Positions 1-8,595 of a DNA stretch of 64,000 bases are shown here, one piece after another. Made by a program: the position numbers and the translations under genes. Numbering within the stretch: the stretch's first letter is position 1; each line of letters begins with the position of its first letter. The notes under the pieces are model-generated. The model made no database searches, was not told where the DNA came from, and worked only from the letters and a program-made list of their open reading frames with translations. Source of the stretch: an uncultured delta proteobacterium (GTDB taxonomy: Bacteria > Desulfobacterota > Binatia > Binatales > Binataceae); the NCBI GenBank assembly GCA_963761255.1, contig CAVXGH010000004.1:230890-294889 (forward strand), read 5' to 3'.

Positions 1-56
1 AACTAGCCTTCATCGTTCTGGCGCGAGAGTAGTTCAAAAAGTGGTAAGCTGAGGCC

Positions 57-212
57 ATGGCCAAGAAGAACGTCAGATTTGAGGCGGTAAAAGTTGTCGC
101 TAAACCAACGACCGTTCGCTTCAAAACCAAATCGGGCCAGACGGTCGCTTTCAAGGCCATCAAGACTTCGAAGCAAAAGCAAACCGTTCGGTTCCGCGCC
201 AAGGCGAGATGA
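57..212 (+). CDS. Small 51-aa ORF; candidate antitoxin (VapB-like) of the downstream PIN gene. Not in the ORF track because it is under 60 aa
   Basis: ATG at 57 and TGA at 210-212 in one frame. The stop overlaps the ATG (209) of the downstream PIN ORF in an ATGA arrangement typical of type II TA operons. Lies in a low-GC island. Product MAKKNVRFEAVKVVAKPTTVRFKTKSGQTVAFKAIKTSKQKQTVRFRAKAR. Confidence 0.3.
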   Translation: MAKKNVRFEAVKVVAKPTTVRFKTKSGQTVAFKAIKTSKQKQTVRFRAKAR

Positions 213-695
213 AGCGGATTTACTTGGACAGCAACATTCTGATTGCGCACTATTCTGGCGATAAATCTGAAGATACTAAAAGAGAAATGGTTGAAAACGC
301 GTTGGCGGTTTTTCTCTCAGCTCAAAGACGTCGAGCTATGTACCTCCATGTGGTCTGTTACCGAGATGGTCAACATTCTTATCTCGAACAAGAAGATGGA
401 GCCCGGCGAGGTCGCTAAAATAGAAAATCGGCTGACTAGGGAGCGTCGTCTCAAAAATCTCAAAATACGCTTCCTCGATGTCAGCCCGCGGGCGGACTAC
501 GATTTCGGTGAATTCTTCTTCCAGGTCGGAGAGGGAATTCTAAATTATCATTCCGGGGTCGGCGATATCATCCACAGTGTCATCATGAAGAACAATGGTG
601 TCGTGGACATTTTGACCTTCGATGAAAAGGACGATTTCAAGAAAATTCCTGATTTGACGGTGCTTCATCCTCGGGACGTAACGCTCAGCCGCTAA
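209..695 (+). pseudogene. vapC: PIN-domain ribonuclease (VapC-like toxin) split between two frames by a 1-nt indel in a T5 run near 308-312
   Basis: ORF 209..418 starts MKRIYLDSNILIAHYSG, a canonical PIN N-terminus with the catalytic Asp. The rest of the PIN domain (ELCTSMWSVTEMVNIL ... IIHSVIMKNNGVVDILTFDEKDF) continues in ORF 243..695 in another frame. Removing one T from the ttttt run at about 308-312 joins them (…ENALAVFSQLKDVELCTSMW…). Confidence 0.6.
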
Positions 696-790
696 AGCAC
701 ATCACCAATAGTTGATTGAATGAGCCAGCGCTGGCAAAAAAGCGGCCGGCGAAGCCGGCCGCTTTGGTACCTAACCAAAATGAGATCGCG

Positions 791-1792
791 CTAGGCGATT
801 TTCTCCGCGCGCTCGCCCCGCTCTCCGCGTTCACGATGATCGCCGCGCTCGCGCTCGGTCCGATCGCGCTCGCGCGTCGCCTTTTCGCTATGGCCTTGCG
901 CGTGCGGCGTCAGATTGCTGGTGGTCAGCACCTCGATGAATTTGCGCGCCGCCGGTGACAGCTCGCGCCCGCGCTTGTAGATAATCGCGAGCGGACGCGT
1001 GAACGGTCCTTCCTGGAACTCGATCATCTTGAGCGAGCCACGGCCCATTTCGTTCTCGACCGTGAGGCGCGGAACGATGGCACATCCGAGGCCGATTTCG
1101 ACCGCGCGCTTGATGGTCTCGATGTTGTCGAACTCCATCGTGTAATTCGGCTTGACGCCATAGTCACGCAGGATGCGATCGGACGCCTTGCGCGTCGAGA
1201 TGTCGCGCTCGTAGCCGACAAAGGTCTGGCCGACCAGCGCGCTGACACTGACCTTGTTATGTTTGGCGAGCGCGTGATCGGGCGGCACCACGAGCACGAG
1301 CTCATCGTGACGAAATGGAATGGTGACGATCTGGCTGCGTTTGGCCGGATAGGCCACGACGCCAAGATCGATTTTGCCTTCGACGAGGTCTTCGTAAATC
1401 TTATTGGAGCGCAGATACTCGAGATGAACATTGACGGCCGGATAGTTGCGCAGGAATTCCGTGAGGTAGGGCGGCAACTCATGCAGACCGACGCTGTAAA
1501 CCGTTCCAACCCGAATGGCGCCTGCGATGACCGAGCCGATTTCACGCAGGCGATTTTCGAGCTCCAGGAATTTGCGAACGATTTCCTTGCTCGAGGTATA
1601 GAGGATCTGCCCGGCGGCGGTCGGTTTGACTCCCGCTCTTCCGCGTTCTATCAATCGGCAGTCATATTTTTCTTCGAGGCTGCGGACCTGCTGACTGACC
1701 GCCGATTGGGTGACGAAATTTTGCGACGCGGCATAAGAAAAGCTTCCGCTCTCGATTATGTCGCAAAAGACTTTTAGCGTTTCAATATGCAT
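791..1792 (-). CDS. LysR-family transcriptional regulator with an unusual Arg/Glu-rich low-complexity C-terminal tail
   Basis: N-terminal HTH MHIETLKVFCDIIESGSFSYAASQNFVTQSAVSQQVRSLEE is followed by a LysR substrate-binding domain. It is divergent to an acyl-CoA dehydrogenase gene. The tail ...RERDRTERERGDHRERGERGER is encoded by a (GCGCTC)n-like simple repeat at about 800-900. Confidence 0.85.
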   Translation of the reverse strand: MHIETLKVFCDIIESGSFSYAASQNFVTQSAVSQQVRSLEEKYDCRLIERGRAGVKPTAAGQILYTSSKEIVRKFLELENRLREIGSVIAGAIRVGTVYSVGLHELPPYLTEFLRNYPAVNVHLEYLRSNKIYEDLVEGKIDLGVVAYPAKRSQIVTIPFRHDELVLVVPPDHALAKHNKVSVSALVGQTFVGYERDISTRKASDRILRDYGVKPNYTMEFDNIETIKRAVEIGLGCAIVPRLTVENEMGRGSLKMIEFQEGPFTRPLAIIYKRGRELSPAARKFIEVLTTSNLTPHAQGHSEKATRERDRTERERGDHRERGERGERAEKIA

Positions 1793-2013
1793 GCACTTCT
1801 GCTCTTACGTATAAGCCTATTTGATGCACAGATTTGAAGCAATCAGTAGCTGGAGTGAAATCTGAGTAGGCCTCATATGAGCTTGAAGCATGTTGAAAAT
1901 TGCGTCAATAGGCGGACCCCCTACCTCGGGTCAGCCCCGACCCGTTGTCGGCCGGCTACTCCAAGGCGGATGGCCGATTCTAAACCATCGTTCATAAATC
2001 CACCAAATGTGGA

Positions 2014-3195
2014 ATGGAGCGTATCATGCCCGAGCTTTTGAAGGATCTGGACTACTTCGATCTTGATGAATTCCTCACATCTGAAGAGAAGATGACGCGC
2101 AATACCGTCAAGCAGTTTGTTCAGCGCGAGATCCTGCCAAATATCGAACAGCATTTCGCAAACGAGACTTTCCCACGCGAAATCATTCCCCAAATGGCGG
2201 AATTGGGCTTCTTCGGCGCCAACCTCAAGGGCTACGGATGCGCCGGGATGGGCAACGTCGCCTACGGCCTCATCATGCAGGAACTCGAGGCCGGTGACTC
2301 CGGGCTGCGATCATTCGCATCAGTGCAAAGCGCACTATCGATGTACGCCATCTATGCTCATGGCACCGAGGAACAGAAGAAACGCTACTTGCCGGAAATG
2401 GCCAAGGGCAAGCTAATTGGCTGTTTTGGCCTCACGGAACCCGACCATGGGTCCGATCCCGGCGGGATGGAAACCAAGGCGCGCCGTGACGGCGATAAAT
2501 GGATCCTCAACGGCACCAAGCGATGGATCACCAACGGCTCCATCGCGGATGTTGCGATCGTCTGGGCCCGCGTCAACGAAGGTATCACCGGATTCCTGGT
2601 CGAGAAGGGCACGCCTGGCTTCAGCACGCGGGATATCCACGGGAAATTCTCCATGCGTGCATCGATCACCTCGGAGCTGATTCTGGAAGACGTGCGAATT
2701 CCGGCGGGCAATCAGTTGCCTGAGGCGAAGGGGCTTCGCGCGCCGTTGAGTTGCCTCACGCAGGCACGTTATGGCATCGCATGGGGAGCCATAGGATGCG
2801 CGCGAAGTTGCTACAATACGGCGCTGGACTACACCAAATCGCGTAAGCAGTTCAAACGCGTGCTGGCAGGCTATCAGATGGTACAGCGCAAGCTGGTCGA
2901 CATGATGACGGAAATCACCAAGGCGCAGATGGTCTGCCTGCGGCTGGGTCAGCTTAAGGATTCGGGCAAAATGCGTCCCGAGCACGTCTCATTCGCCAAA
3001 CGAAATAACGTCGATATGGCGCTGCAAATTGCTCGGGTCGCGCGCGATATGCTCGGGGCGAATGGTATTGTCAACGAGTACCCCATCATTCGGCATATGT
3101 TGAACATGGAAACCGTCAATACCTATGAAGGTACCTACGATGTTCAGACCCTGATTCTCGGACGCGATATCACGAATGAGAGCGCATTCGACTGA
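2014..3195 (+). CDS. gcdH: Glutaryl-CoA dehydrogenase (acyl-CoA dehydrogenase family)
   Basis: 393 aa, collinear with bacterial GcdH along its full length (GCFGLTEPDHGSDPGGMETKA..., YEGTYDVQTLILGRDITNESAF at the C-terminus). Divergent from the LysR regulator. Confidence 0.88.
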   Translation: MERIMPELLKDLDYFDLDEFLTSEEKMTRNTVKQFVQREILPNIEQHFANETFPREIIPQMAELGFFGANLKGYGCAGMGNVAYGLIMQELEAGDSGLRSFASVQSALSMYAIYAHGTEEQKKRYLPEMAKGKLIGCFGLTEPDHGSDPGGMETKARRDGDKWILNGTKRWITNGSIADVAIVWARVNEGITGFLVEKGTPGFSTRDIHGKFSMRASITSELILEDVRIPAGNQLPEAKGLRAPLSCLTQARYGIAWGAIGCARSCYNTALDYTKSRKQFKRVLAGYQMVQRKLVDMMTEITKAQMVCLRLGQLKDSGKMRPEHVSFAKRNNVDMALQIARVARDMLGANGIVNEYPIIRHMLNMETVNTYEGTYDVQTLILGRDITNESAFD

Positions 3196-3294
3196 AGCTT
3201 TCGCTACTCATAGCCACAGGCTGAATGTTTATCATTGTAATTTGATGAAATAAGGCTACAATAGATGCTATAGCTTCATTAGCGGGTAGCATTC

Positions 3295-3498
3295 ATGTCG
3301 GCCTTAATTCTCGATGAGCTCTTCAATCCGCCCAAGCTTGAGACCGGCCAGCGGGTGATTTCCAAAAATGGCGGCCTCCTGGCGCGCAAGCGGGGAACCG
3401 TCGTCAGCGCAGGCGGATGGTTCGCGGTCATTCAGTGGGATGGAAATCCTCTCTCGCGCAGGGAATACATTCCGGATCTGGTCGTGGAAGAGTCCTGA
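3295..3498 (+). CDS. Hypothetical small protein (67 aa)
   Basis: ORF with GC-rich third codon positions after an AT-rich intergenic region. No recognisable motif (…GQRVISKNGGLLARKRGTVVSAGGWFAVIQWDG…). Confidence 0.3.
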   Translation: MSALILDELFNPPKLETGQRVISKNGGLLARKRGTVVSAGGWFAVIQWDGNPLSRREYIPDLVVEES

Positions 3499-3589
3499 TG
3501 ACCTGAAGATTCGCCACGGCCATTTTCCCCTTTTCGACGATGCGTGCTAGATACCGAGTCGTCGGAGACTTGCCCGAGGGAGAATGGCA

Positions 3590-3952
3590 ATGATCAAAGT
3601 TCGTGGCTTCGCTCATTCAGCATTGCGCATCACCGATGCCGACCGCGCGATTTCATTCTACGATAAGGTGCTCGGCCTGAAGCCTCTCAGTAGTTGACCC
3701 AACTTCGGATTTGGGGGTGCATGGCTGGGGGTCGGCAACAATCAGATCCATCTGATCTCCGCCGAGAAGCGCGAGGGCGTGATCAATCCGCTCGGACCCC
3801 ATGTGGCGCTCGAGGTCGAGGACTTCGAGGAAACCAAGCGCGCGCTCACCGAAATGGGCATCGAGTTCCTCGAGGCGCCGAGCAACATGGCCGGGCGCCA
3901 ACTGTGGATTCTCGATCCCGACGGCAACACCGTCGAACTCCGCGCCGCTTAG
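3590..3952 (+). pseudogene. VOC/glyoxalase-family protein interrupted by an in-frame TGA at 3695-3697
   Basis: From ATG 3590 the frame reads MIKVRGFAHSALRITDADRAISFYDKVLGLKPLSS, then TGA, then the same frame continues PNFGFGGAWLGVGNNQIHLI...LEVEDFEETKRALTEMGIEFLEAPSNMAGRQLWILDPDGNTVELRAA to TAG at 3950-3952. The two halves together form a complete glyoxalase/VOC fold. Confidence 0.55.
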
Positions 3953-3958
3953 AGAAAG

Positions 3959-4315
3959 CTAACGGTTGCCGGTACCGACCCTGATTCGTCCCGGTTGCAC
4001 GATCGTGAATCGCGACAGGAGGTTCTCGCCGATCGTGCGTGTTACGTCAAGGGCTGCCGCAACCATGGCCGTGCGTGCGGCCACCGGAAAGCGGAAAAGG
4101 ATCACGCCCGAGCTCCGAAGACCTTCGGCATAGACTAATTCGCCGAAATCCGTATCTTCCGTTAGCAAAACCCGCTGATCGTCTCGCGCGAGCTTCAGAA
4201 CGTCTTCATCTGCGAGGCGCGGAAAGTCTTCGGCGATAGCCACGATGTCGTGGCCTGCGGACCGAAGCGCCCGCACCACCGCAAAGTCGCAACTTTCGTC
4301 AGCCACGAATCGCAC
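3959..4315 (-). CDS. DUF5615-family protein (PIN-like/Mut7-C-like putative toxin partner of a DUF433 protein)
   Basis: 118 aa, MRFVADESCDFAVVRALRSAGHDIVAIAEDF..., matching the DUF5615 pattern. Sits 4 nt downstream of a DUF433 gene on the same strand. Confidence 0.7.
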   Translation of the reverse strand: MRFVADESCDFAVVRALRSAGHDIVAIAEDFPRLADEDVLKLARDDQRVLLTEDTDFGELVYAEGLRSSGVILFRFPVAARTAMVAAALDVTRTIGENLLSRFTIVQPGRIRVGTGNR

Positions 4316-4318
4316 AGG

Positions 4319-4567
4319 CTACGATTTAGCAATGGCCTGGGGATTTGGAAGCAGAATTATTTCTTCATGCGCGATCGTGTCCGCTGCGTATGCAATCGCT
4401 GCTCGAATATCTTCCCGCGTTAGACGCGGATAAGCATCGAGGAGGTCGTCTTCCGTTGCTCCTTCGGCGAGCTTTCGAAGGATTAGTTCAACCTTGATTC
4501 GGGTTCCCTTAATGACGGGTTTGCCCATCATAACCTGCGGATCAATTTCTATTCGGTCCGTTGTCAT
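4319..4567 (-). CDS. DUF433-domain protein (putative antitoxin-like partner)
   Basis: 82 aa, …MMGKPVIKGTRIKVELILRKLAEGATEDDLLDAYPRLTREDIRAAIAYA…, the typical DUF433 signature. Immediately upstream of the DUF5615 gene. Confidence 0.7.
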   Translation of the reverse strand: MTTDRIEIDPQVMMGKPVIKGTRIKVELILRKLAEGATEDDLLDAYPRLTREDIRAAIAYAADTIAHEEIILLPNPQAIAKS

Positions 4568-4602
4568 AAGGCTGCCTATGCGGCCAACTCTACTCCGAAT
4601 CC

Positions 4603-6066
4603 TCAGCCGCGATAGTTGGGCGACTCCTTCGTGATGAAGACATCGTGCACGTGGCTTTCGCGCTGGCCCGCCTCGCTCACCCGGATGAACTTCGCACGCC
4701 GCCGCAGTTCCCCGAGGCTATGGGCCCCGACATAGCCCATGCCCGCCTGTAGTCCACCGATGAGCTGATCGACGTTCGAGGCCAGCGTGCCGCGATACGG
4801 CACCCGGCCCTCCACGCCTTCGGGAACGATCTTGCCGTCGGTCACGTCCTGCTGCATGTAACGGTCGCGGACGCGCTCGCTCATCGCACCGATGGAGCCC
4901 ATCCCGCGATATTCCTTGTAGGTGCGGCCTTGATAGAGCACCGTCTCGCCCGGACTTTCCTCGGTGCCGGCGAATAACGAACCGATCATTACGTTTGATG
5001 CGCCCGCTGCGAGCGCCTTGACGATGTCGCCGGAGAAACGCACGCCGCCATCCGCGATTATCGGCACATTGCGCGGCTCTCCGATTGCGACGCAATCCAT
5101 GATCGCAGTCATTTGGGGCACGCCCACGCCGGAAACCACCCGTGTGGTGCAGATAGAGCCGGGGCCGATTCCGACTCGCAGCGCGTCGGCGCCCGCATCG
5201 ATGAGTGCCTTGGCGCCCTCGCTGGTGGCGACGTTGCCGGCGATCACCTCGATGTCACCGGCTTCTTTCTTGGTCGCCCGCAGCGCATCGATGACGTTTT
5301 GCGAATGCCCGTGCGCGGTATCGATCAGGAGTACATCGACACCCGCGCGCAACAGCGCCGCCACGCGTTGCTCGCGATCCGGCCCGACGCCGACCGCCGC
5401 GCCGACGCGCAAACGGCCCATCGAATCCTTGCTCGAATTCGGATGACGCGTCGCCTTGTCCATGTCCTTCACGGTGATGAGACCGCGCAAACGGCTGTGT
5501 TCGTCAACCAATGGGAGCTTCTCGATGCGATTCGCCTGGAGGATGGATTTTGCTTCTTCGAGGCTGATGCCGGGGCGCGCGGTAATCAGACGGGTGGTCA
5601 TCACTTCGCGAACCTGGCGATCGAGGCGTTTTTCGAAGCGCAAATCGCGGTTGGTCAGGATGCCCACCAGCCGATGGCCCTCGACGACGACCGGAACGCC
5701 GGAAATCCGGTAGCGCTCCATGATCTTCAGCGCTTCGCCGATTTTCTGCTCGGGATGCACGGTGACAGGGTCGGTAATCATCCCGCTTTCGTATTTTTTT
5801 ACCGTTTCGACCTCGGCGGCCTGCTGCTCGACGGTCAGGTTGCGATGCACGATGCCGATGCCGCCGACCTGCGCCAAGGTGATCGCGGTGCGCGATTCGG
5901 TGACGGTATCCATCGGGCTGGAAACGAGTGGGATGTGAAGGCGGATTTTGGGCGTGAGAACGGTGGAGACGTCGCACTGCGAGGGAAGCACATCGGACAG
6001 TTGCGGCAACAACAGCAGATCGTCGTACGTGAGACCTTCGCGGAGCTCCGGATGCAGCATACACAC
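4603..6066 (-). CDS. guaB: IMP dehydrogenase
   Basis: 487 aa with the IMPDH catalytic loop ([11 protein letters not shown]), tandem CBS domains and the C-terminal ...[17 protein letters not shown]... region. The start may be 2 codons downstream at [14 protein letters not shown]. Confidence 0.92.
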   Translation of the reverse strand: MCMLHPELREGLTYDDLLLLPQLSDVLPSQCDVSTVLTPKIRLHIPLVSSPMDTVTESRTAITLAQVGGIGIVHRNLTVEQQAAEVETVKKYESGMITDPVTVHPEQKIGEALKIMERYRISGVPVVVEGHRLVGILTNRDLRFEKRLDRQVREVMTTRLITARPGISLEEAKSILQANRIEKLPLVDEHSRLRGLITVKDMDKATRHPNSSKDSMGRLRVGAAVGVGPDREQRVAALLRAGVDVLLIDTAHGHSQNVIDALRATKKEAGDIEVIAGNVATSEGAKALIDAGADALRVGIGPGSICTTRVVSGVGVPQMTAIMDCVAIGEPRNVPIIADGGVRFSGDIVKALAAGASNVMIGSLFAGTEESPGETVLYQGRTYKEYRGMGSIGAMSERVRDRYMQQDVTDGKIVPEGVEGRVPYRGTLASNVDQLIGGLQAGMGYVGAHSLGELRRRAKFIRVSEAGQRESHVHDVFITKESPNYRG

Positions 6067-6079
6067 ACCTCCCGTAGTT

Positions 6080-6112
6080 AAAAAAAAGCCCGCAGGGATA
6101 CTGCGGGCGTTT
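6080..6112 (-). terminator. Rho-independent terminator between the upstream lipoprotein gene and guaB
   Basis: Stem gcccgcag / ctgcgggc (8 bp, loop ggata). On the minus strand it is followed by an 8-nt T run (plus-strand aaaaaaaa at 6080-6087). Confidence 0.5.
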
Positions 6113-6227
6113 CGCGCCTAAAAAAAAACGCGGCCTGATTAAGGGCTCGCTCCATAATCTTTGATATCAGGATTCACGGGTTCAAGCAATTCACCATCCT
6201 GAGATCGAGGGTACGCGCACGTGGCCG

Positions 6228-6572
6228 CTACGGATTATTAGTCGATGCGGGAGGGATCGGTGGTGGTGGCGGACTGTTCTCCAGCGCGGCCTCGCGCTTG
6301 ATTTCCTCATAAAGCAAAACCACACCCGCCACCCCAGCGGCTCCAATCGCGATTGATATGGGATAAGACTTGCCGCTCGCGGCCGCGAACAGCGCCCCTG
6401 AGCCCCCGCCAATCACGCCCGCGACAGCGCCCGCGGTGAGTTCCTGTTCCACCGTCATCGGTTGAGCCGAGCATCCAGCAACGAGCAGCCCCGCCAGCGC
6501 AAGGGCCGAGTATCGAAGCAACGGTCGCGTCATGCGGCGATGCGTCGCGAGCCCGCTCAGACGAATTTTCAT
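6228..6572 (-). CDS. Small glycine-zipper lipoprotein
   Basis: Lipoprotein signal ...MTRPLLRYSALALAGLLVAGC (lipobox LVAGC), then Gly-zipper segments AGAVAGVIGGGSGALFAAASG and AIGAAGVAGVV and a Pro-rich tail. An AGGA RBS precedes the ATG (MKIRLSG…). Confidence 0.6.
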   Translation of the reverse strand: MKIRLSGLATHRRMTRPLLRYSALALAGLLVAGCSAQPMTVEQELTAGAVAGVIGGGSGALFAAASGKSYPISIAIGAAGVAGVVLLYEEIKREAALENSPPPPPIPPASTNNP

Positions 6573-6621
6573 AGCCTTCCTTTGTAGACCACTCGGGCAC
6601 CCGAAAGCGATATTGGAAGCG

Positions 6622-6924
6622 TCACGGTTTAGCATCCGGCGCGGCGGGGGAATCCTTCAAGCGAGGGTCATCGCTCGCGATGCACAGCACCGGCCGCTGA
6701 AGGTAATCCTCCGCCTGTTCGAGGATCGCATCACACCCGGCCGGGGTGTCAAAAGATTTCACCACCGACCACTTTGATAGCGGCGCATGTAGATCGCCAT
6801 GGGGAAATTCCCGGGTGAACGGCGCCACCAGCAGGTTCCACGTCTTCGGAGTGCCGGCCACGCTGCTGCCGCGATGGAAAGAATGAAAATATCCGCAACC
6901 TCCGAGGACGATTGCCGCGAGCAT
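6622..6924 (-). CDS. Hypothetical small lipoprotein-like protein (100 aa)
   Basis: The internal ATG of ORF 6622..7401 gives MLAAIVLGGCGYFHS... (LGGC lipobox-like), starting just downstream of the crotonase stop (6957). No conserved motif recognised. Confidence 0.3.
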   Translation of the reverse strand: MLAAIVLGGCGYFHSFHRGSSVAGTPKTWNLLVAPFTREFPHGDLHAPLSKWSVVKSFDTPAGCDAILEQAEDYLQRPVLCIASDDPRLKDSPAAPDAKP

Positions 6925-6956
6925 CGCGAGCTTTCGCTGCGCCCTCGGATGGAAGA

Positions 6957-7736
6957 TTATTTGCCGCACCAAACTGGCTTGCGCTTCTCGAGAAACGCGC
7001 CGATCCCCTCTTGCGCATCGGCCGCCATCGCGTTCTGGCTCATCACTTCTTTGGTGTAGCCGTAGGCTTGCGCCTGATCGAGGTCGATTTGCGCATAGAA
7101 AGCCTGCTTGCCAATGGCGACCGTCAATGAACTGGCATCCGTGATGAGGATCGCGAGCTTGCGCGTCTCCGCTACCAGGTCCGCATCGGGAACTACGCGA
7201 TTGACGAGGCCCCATTCGGCTGCCGTATGCGCCTCGATCGGCTGGCCCGACAGCAACATCTCCATCGCACGCTTGCGGCCGATCGCCCGCGACAGCGCGA
7301 CCATTGGCGTCGAGCAGAACAGTCCGATCTTCACCCCGGGCGTAGCAAACTTCGCGCTCTCGCTCGCGACCGCAAGGTCGCAGGTCGCTACCAGTTGGCA
7401 TCCGGCCGCAGTCGCGATGCCATGGACCCGCGCAATGACGGGTTGTGGAATCGCCTGAACGGCGTGCATGAGGCGCGTGCAGAGATCGAATTCCTGGCGA
7501 TAGAAATCGAGCTCGCGCGCGCGCATCTCGCTGAGATCGTGACCGGCGCTGAACGCGACGCCCGCGCCGGCCAGGATAACGGCGCGAATCTCACGCCGCT
7601 GGCCGAGTCCTTGGAAGGTGTCGATCAGCGCCGACATCATTTCGGTCGAAAGCGGATTGCGCTTCTCACCGCGATTCATCGTGAGGGTCGCGAGGCCTTC
7701 TTCTTCCTCGATAATCACATATGGCTGGTCGGGCAT
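6957..7736 (-). CDS. Enoyl-CoA hydratase/isomerase (crotonase family)
   Basis: 259 aa with a crotonase fold, oxyanion-hole region ...ILAGAGVAFSAGHDL... and ...ARVHGIATAAGCQLVATCDLAVA.... Confidence 0.9.
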   Translation of the reverse strand: MPDQPYVIIEEEEGLATLTMNRGEKRNPLSTEMMSALIDTFQGLGQRREIRAVILAGAGVAFSAGHDLSEMRARELDFYRQEFDLCTRLMHAVQAIPQPVIARVHGIATAAGCQLVATCDLAVASESAKFATPGVKIGLFCSTPMVALSRAIGRKRAMEMLLSGQPIEAHTAAEWGLVNRVVPDADLVAETRKLAILITDASSLTVAIGKQAFYAQIDLDQAQAYGYTKEVMSQNAMAADAQEGIGAFLEKRKPVWCGK

Positions 7737-7766
7737 GGTTCGCCTCCTGACTTGGAGCCTGGCGCG

Positions 7767-8588
7767 CTAATCTTCGCGCTTCCACTCCTCGGGATAAAGT
7801 AACAATAGATCGCGCCCGAGGGACCTGACGAGGAAGCGCTGGATCTCGTTGATGGCACGTTCCAGGCCGCGCCCGCCAATCAACCAATGGCCGCGGCCCG
7901 CGATCTTGACGATGGGCGTGCCGATACGATTGGCGAACTGCTCGAGCTGTTCGTACGGCGCGAAAATATCCGACTCGCCGGCGACGATCAGGCGCGGCGC
8001 AATTGTTTCGGCCGCGCCAAAATCAATTTTTCCGTTTGCAACTTCCAATGCCGCCGCGGTTGGGCCCGGAGTCAGCGCTTTGATGATCTGCTCGCGCGAA
8101 TGCACATCCGCATCGGCGACGAACTCGAACAGCCTCCGCCGCGTGGGAGGATCGAGCGGGCGCTGTTGCCAACTCGAAAAGAAATTCCATTTGGGCATGA
8201 ACAACGGCGTGCGAAAACCGGGCGCCAGCGGCGCGATCGCGACCGATGCCTTGACGCTGGATTGCTCCGCGAGCTTGAGCGCGACCAGCCCGCCGATGCC
8301 ATGGCCGATAACGATCGCCTCGCGTCCGAGTCCCGCAAGCGCCTCGGTGGCGAGGTCGGCTAACTTCGCAAAATCGATCTGCTCCAGCGGCGTCGTTTTG
8401 TCCGCTTCGATGACGGCGTACAAATCCGGCGCATAGACTTCCCATCCGATGGTCGCGAGATATCCAACCAGCGTCGCGAGATGGCGTGGCGTGGTGAACA
8501 GCTCGGGCAGCACCACGATCGGCCACCCGAACTTCAGCGGTTCGGGAACCTCGGCTTGCGCGGGAAACCGACCGAGATGAGTTTCCAC
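7767..8588 (-). CDS. Alpha/beta-hydrolase fold protein with a Ser-to-Gly substitution at the nucleophile elbow
   Basis: 273 aa with alpha/beta hydrolase topology. The elbow reads VIGHGIGGLVA (G-H-G-I-G-G) instead of the expected G-x-S-x-G. Confidence 0.75.
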   Translation of the reverse strand: METHLGRFPAQAEVPEPLKFGWPIVVLPELFTTPRHLATLVGYLATIGWEVYAPDLYAVIEADKTTPLEQIDFAKLADLATEALAGLGREAIVIGHGIGGLVALKLAEQSSVKASVAIAPLAPGFRTPLFMPKWNFFSSWQQRPLDPPTRRRLFEFVADADVHSREQIIKALTPGPTAAALEVANGKIDFGAAETIAPRLIVAGESDIFAPYEQLEQFANRIGTPIVKIAGRGHWLIGGRGLERAINEIQRFLVRSLGRDLLLLYPEEWKRED

Positions 8589-8595
8589 TGTGAGA

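Noticed and set aside
1259-1777. 172-aa plus-strand ORF opposite the LysR gene
   Set aside because: Antisense to a well-supported LysR CDS, with no motif.
3695-3697. TGA in the VOC gene as selenocysteine or recoded sense codon
   Set aside because: No SECIS-like hairpin immediately downstream. All other long ORFs terminate at TGA/TAA/TAG normally, and high GC argues against TGA-recoding lineages. A nonsense mutation or error is more likely.
4718-6081. Antisense and alternative-frame ORFs inside guaB (4718..5095, 4964..5446, 5113..6081, 5504..6064)
   Set aside because: They overlap a clearly conserved IMPDH reading frame and have Arg-rich compositions typical of GC-rich shadow ORFs.
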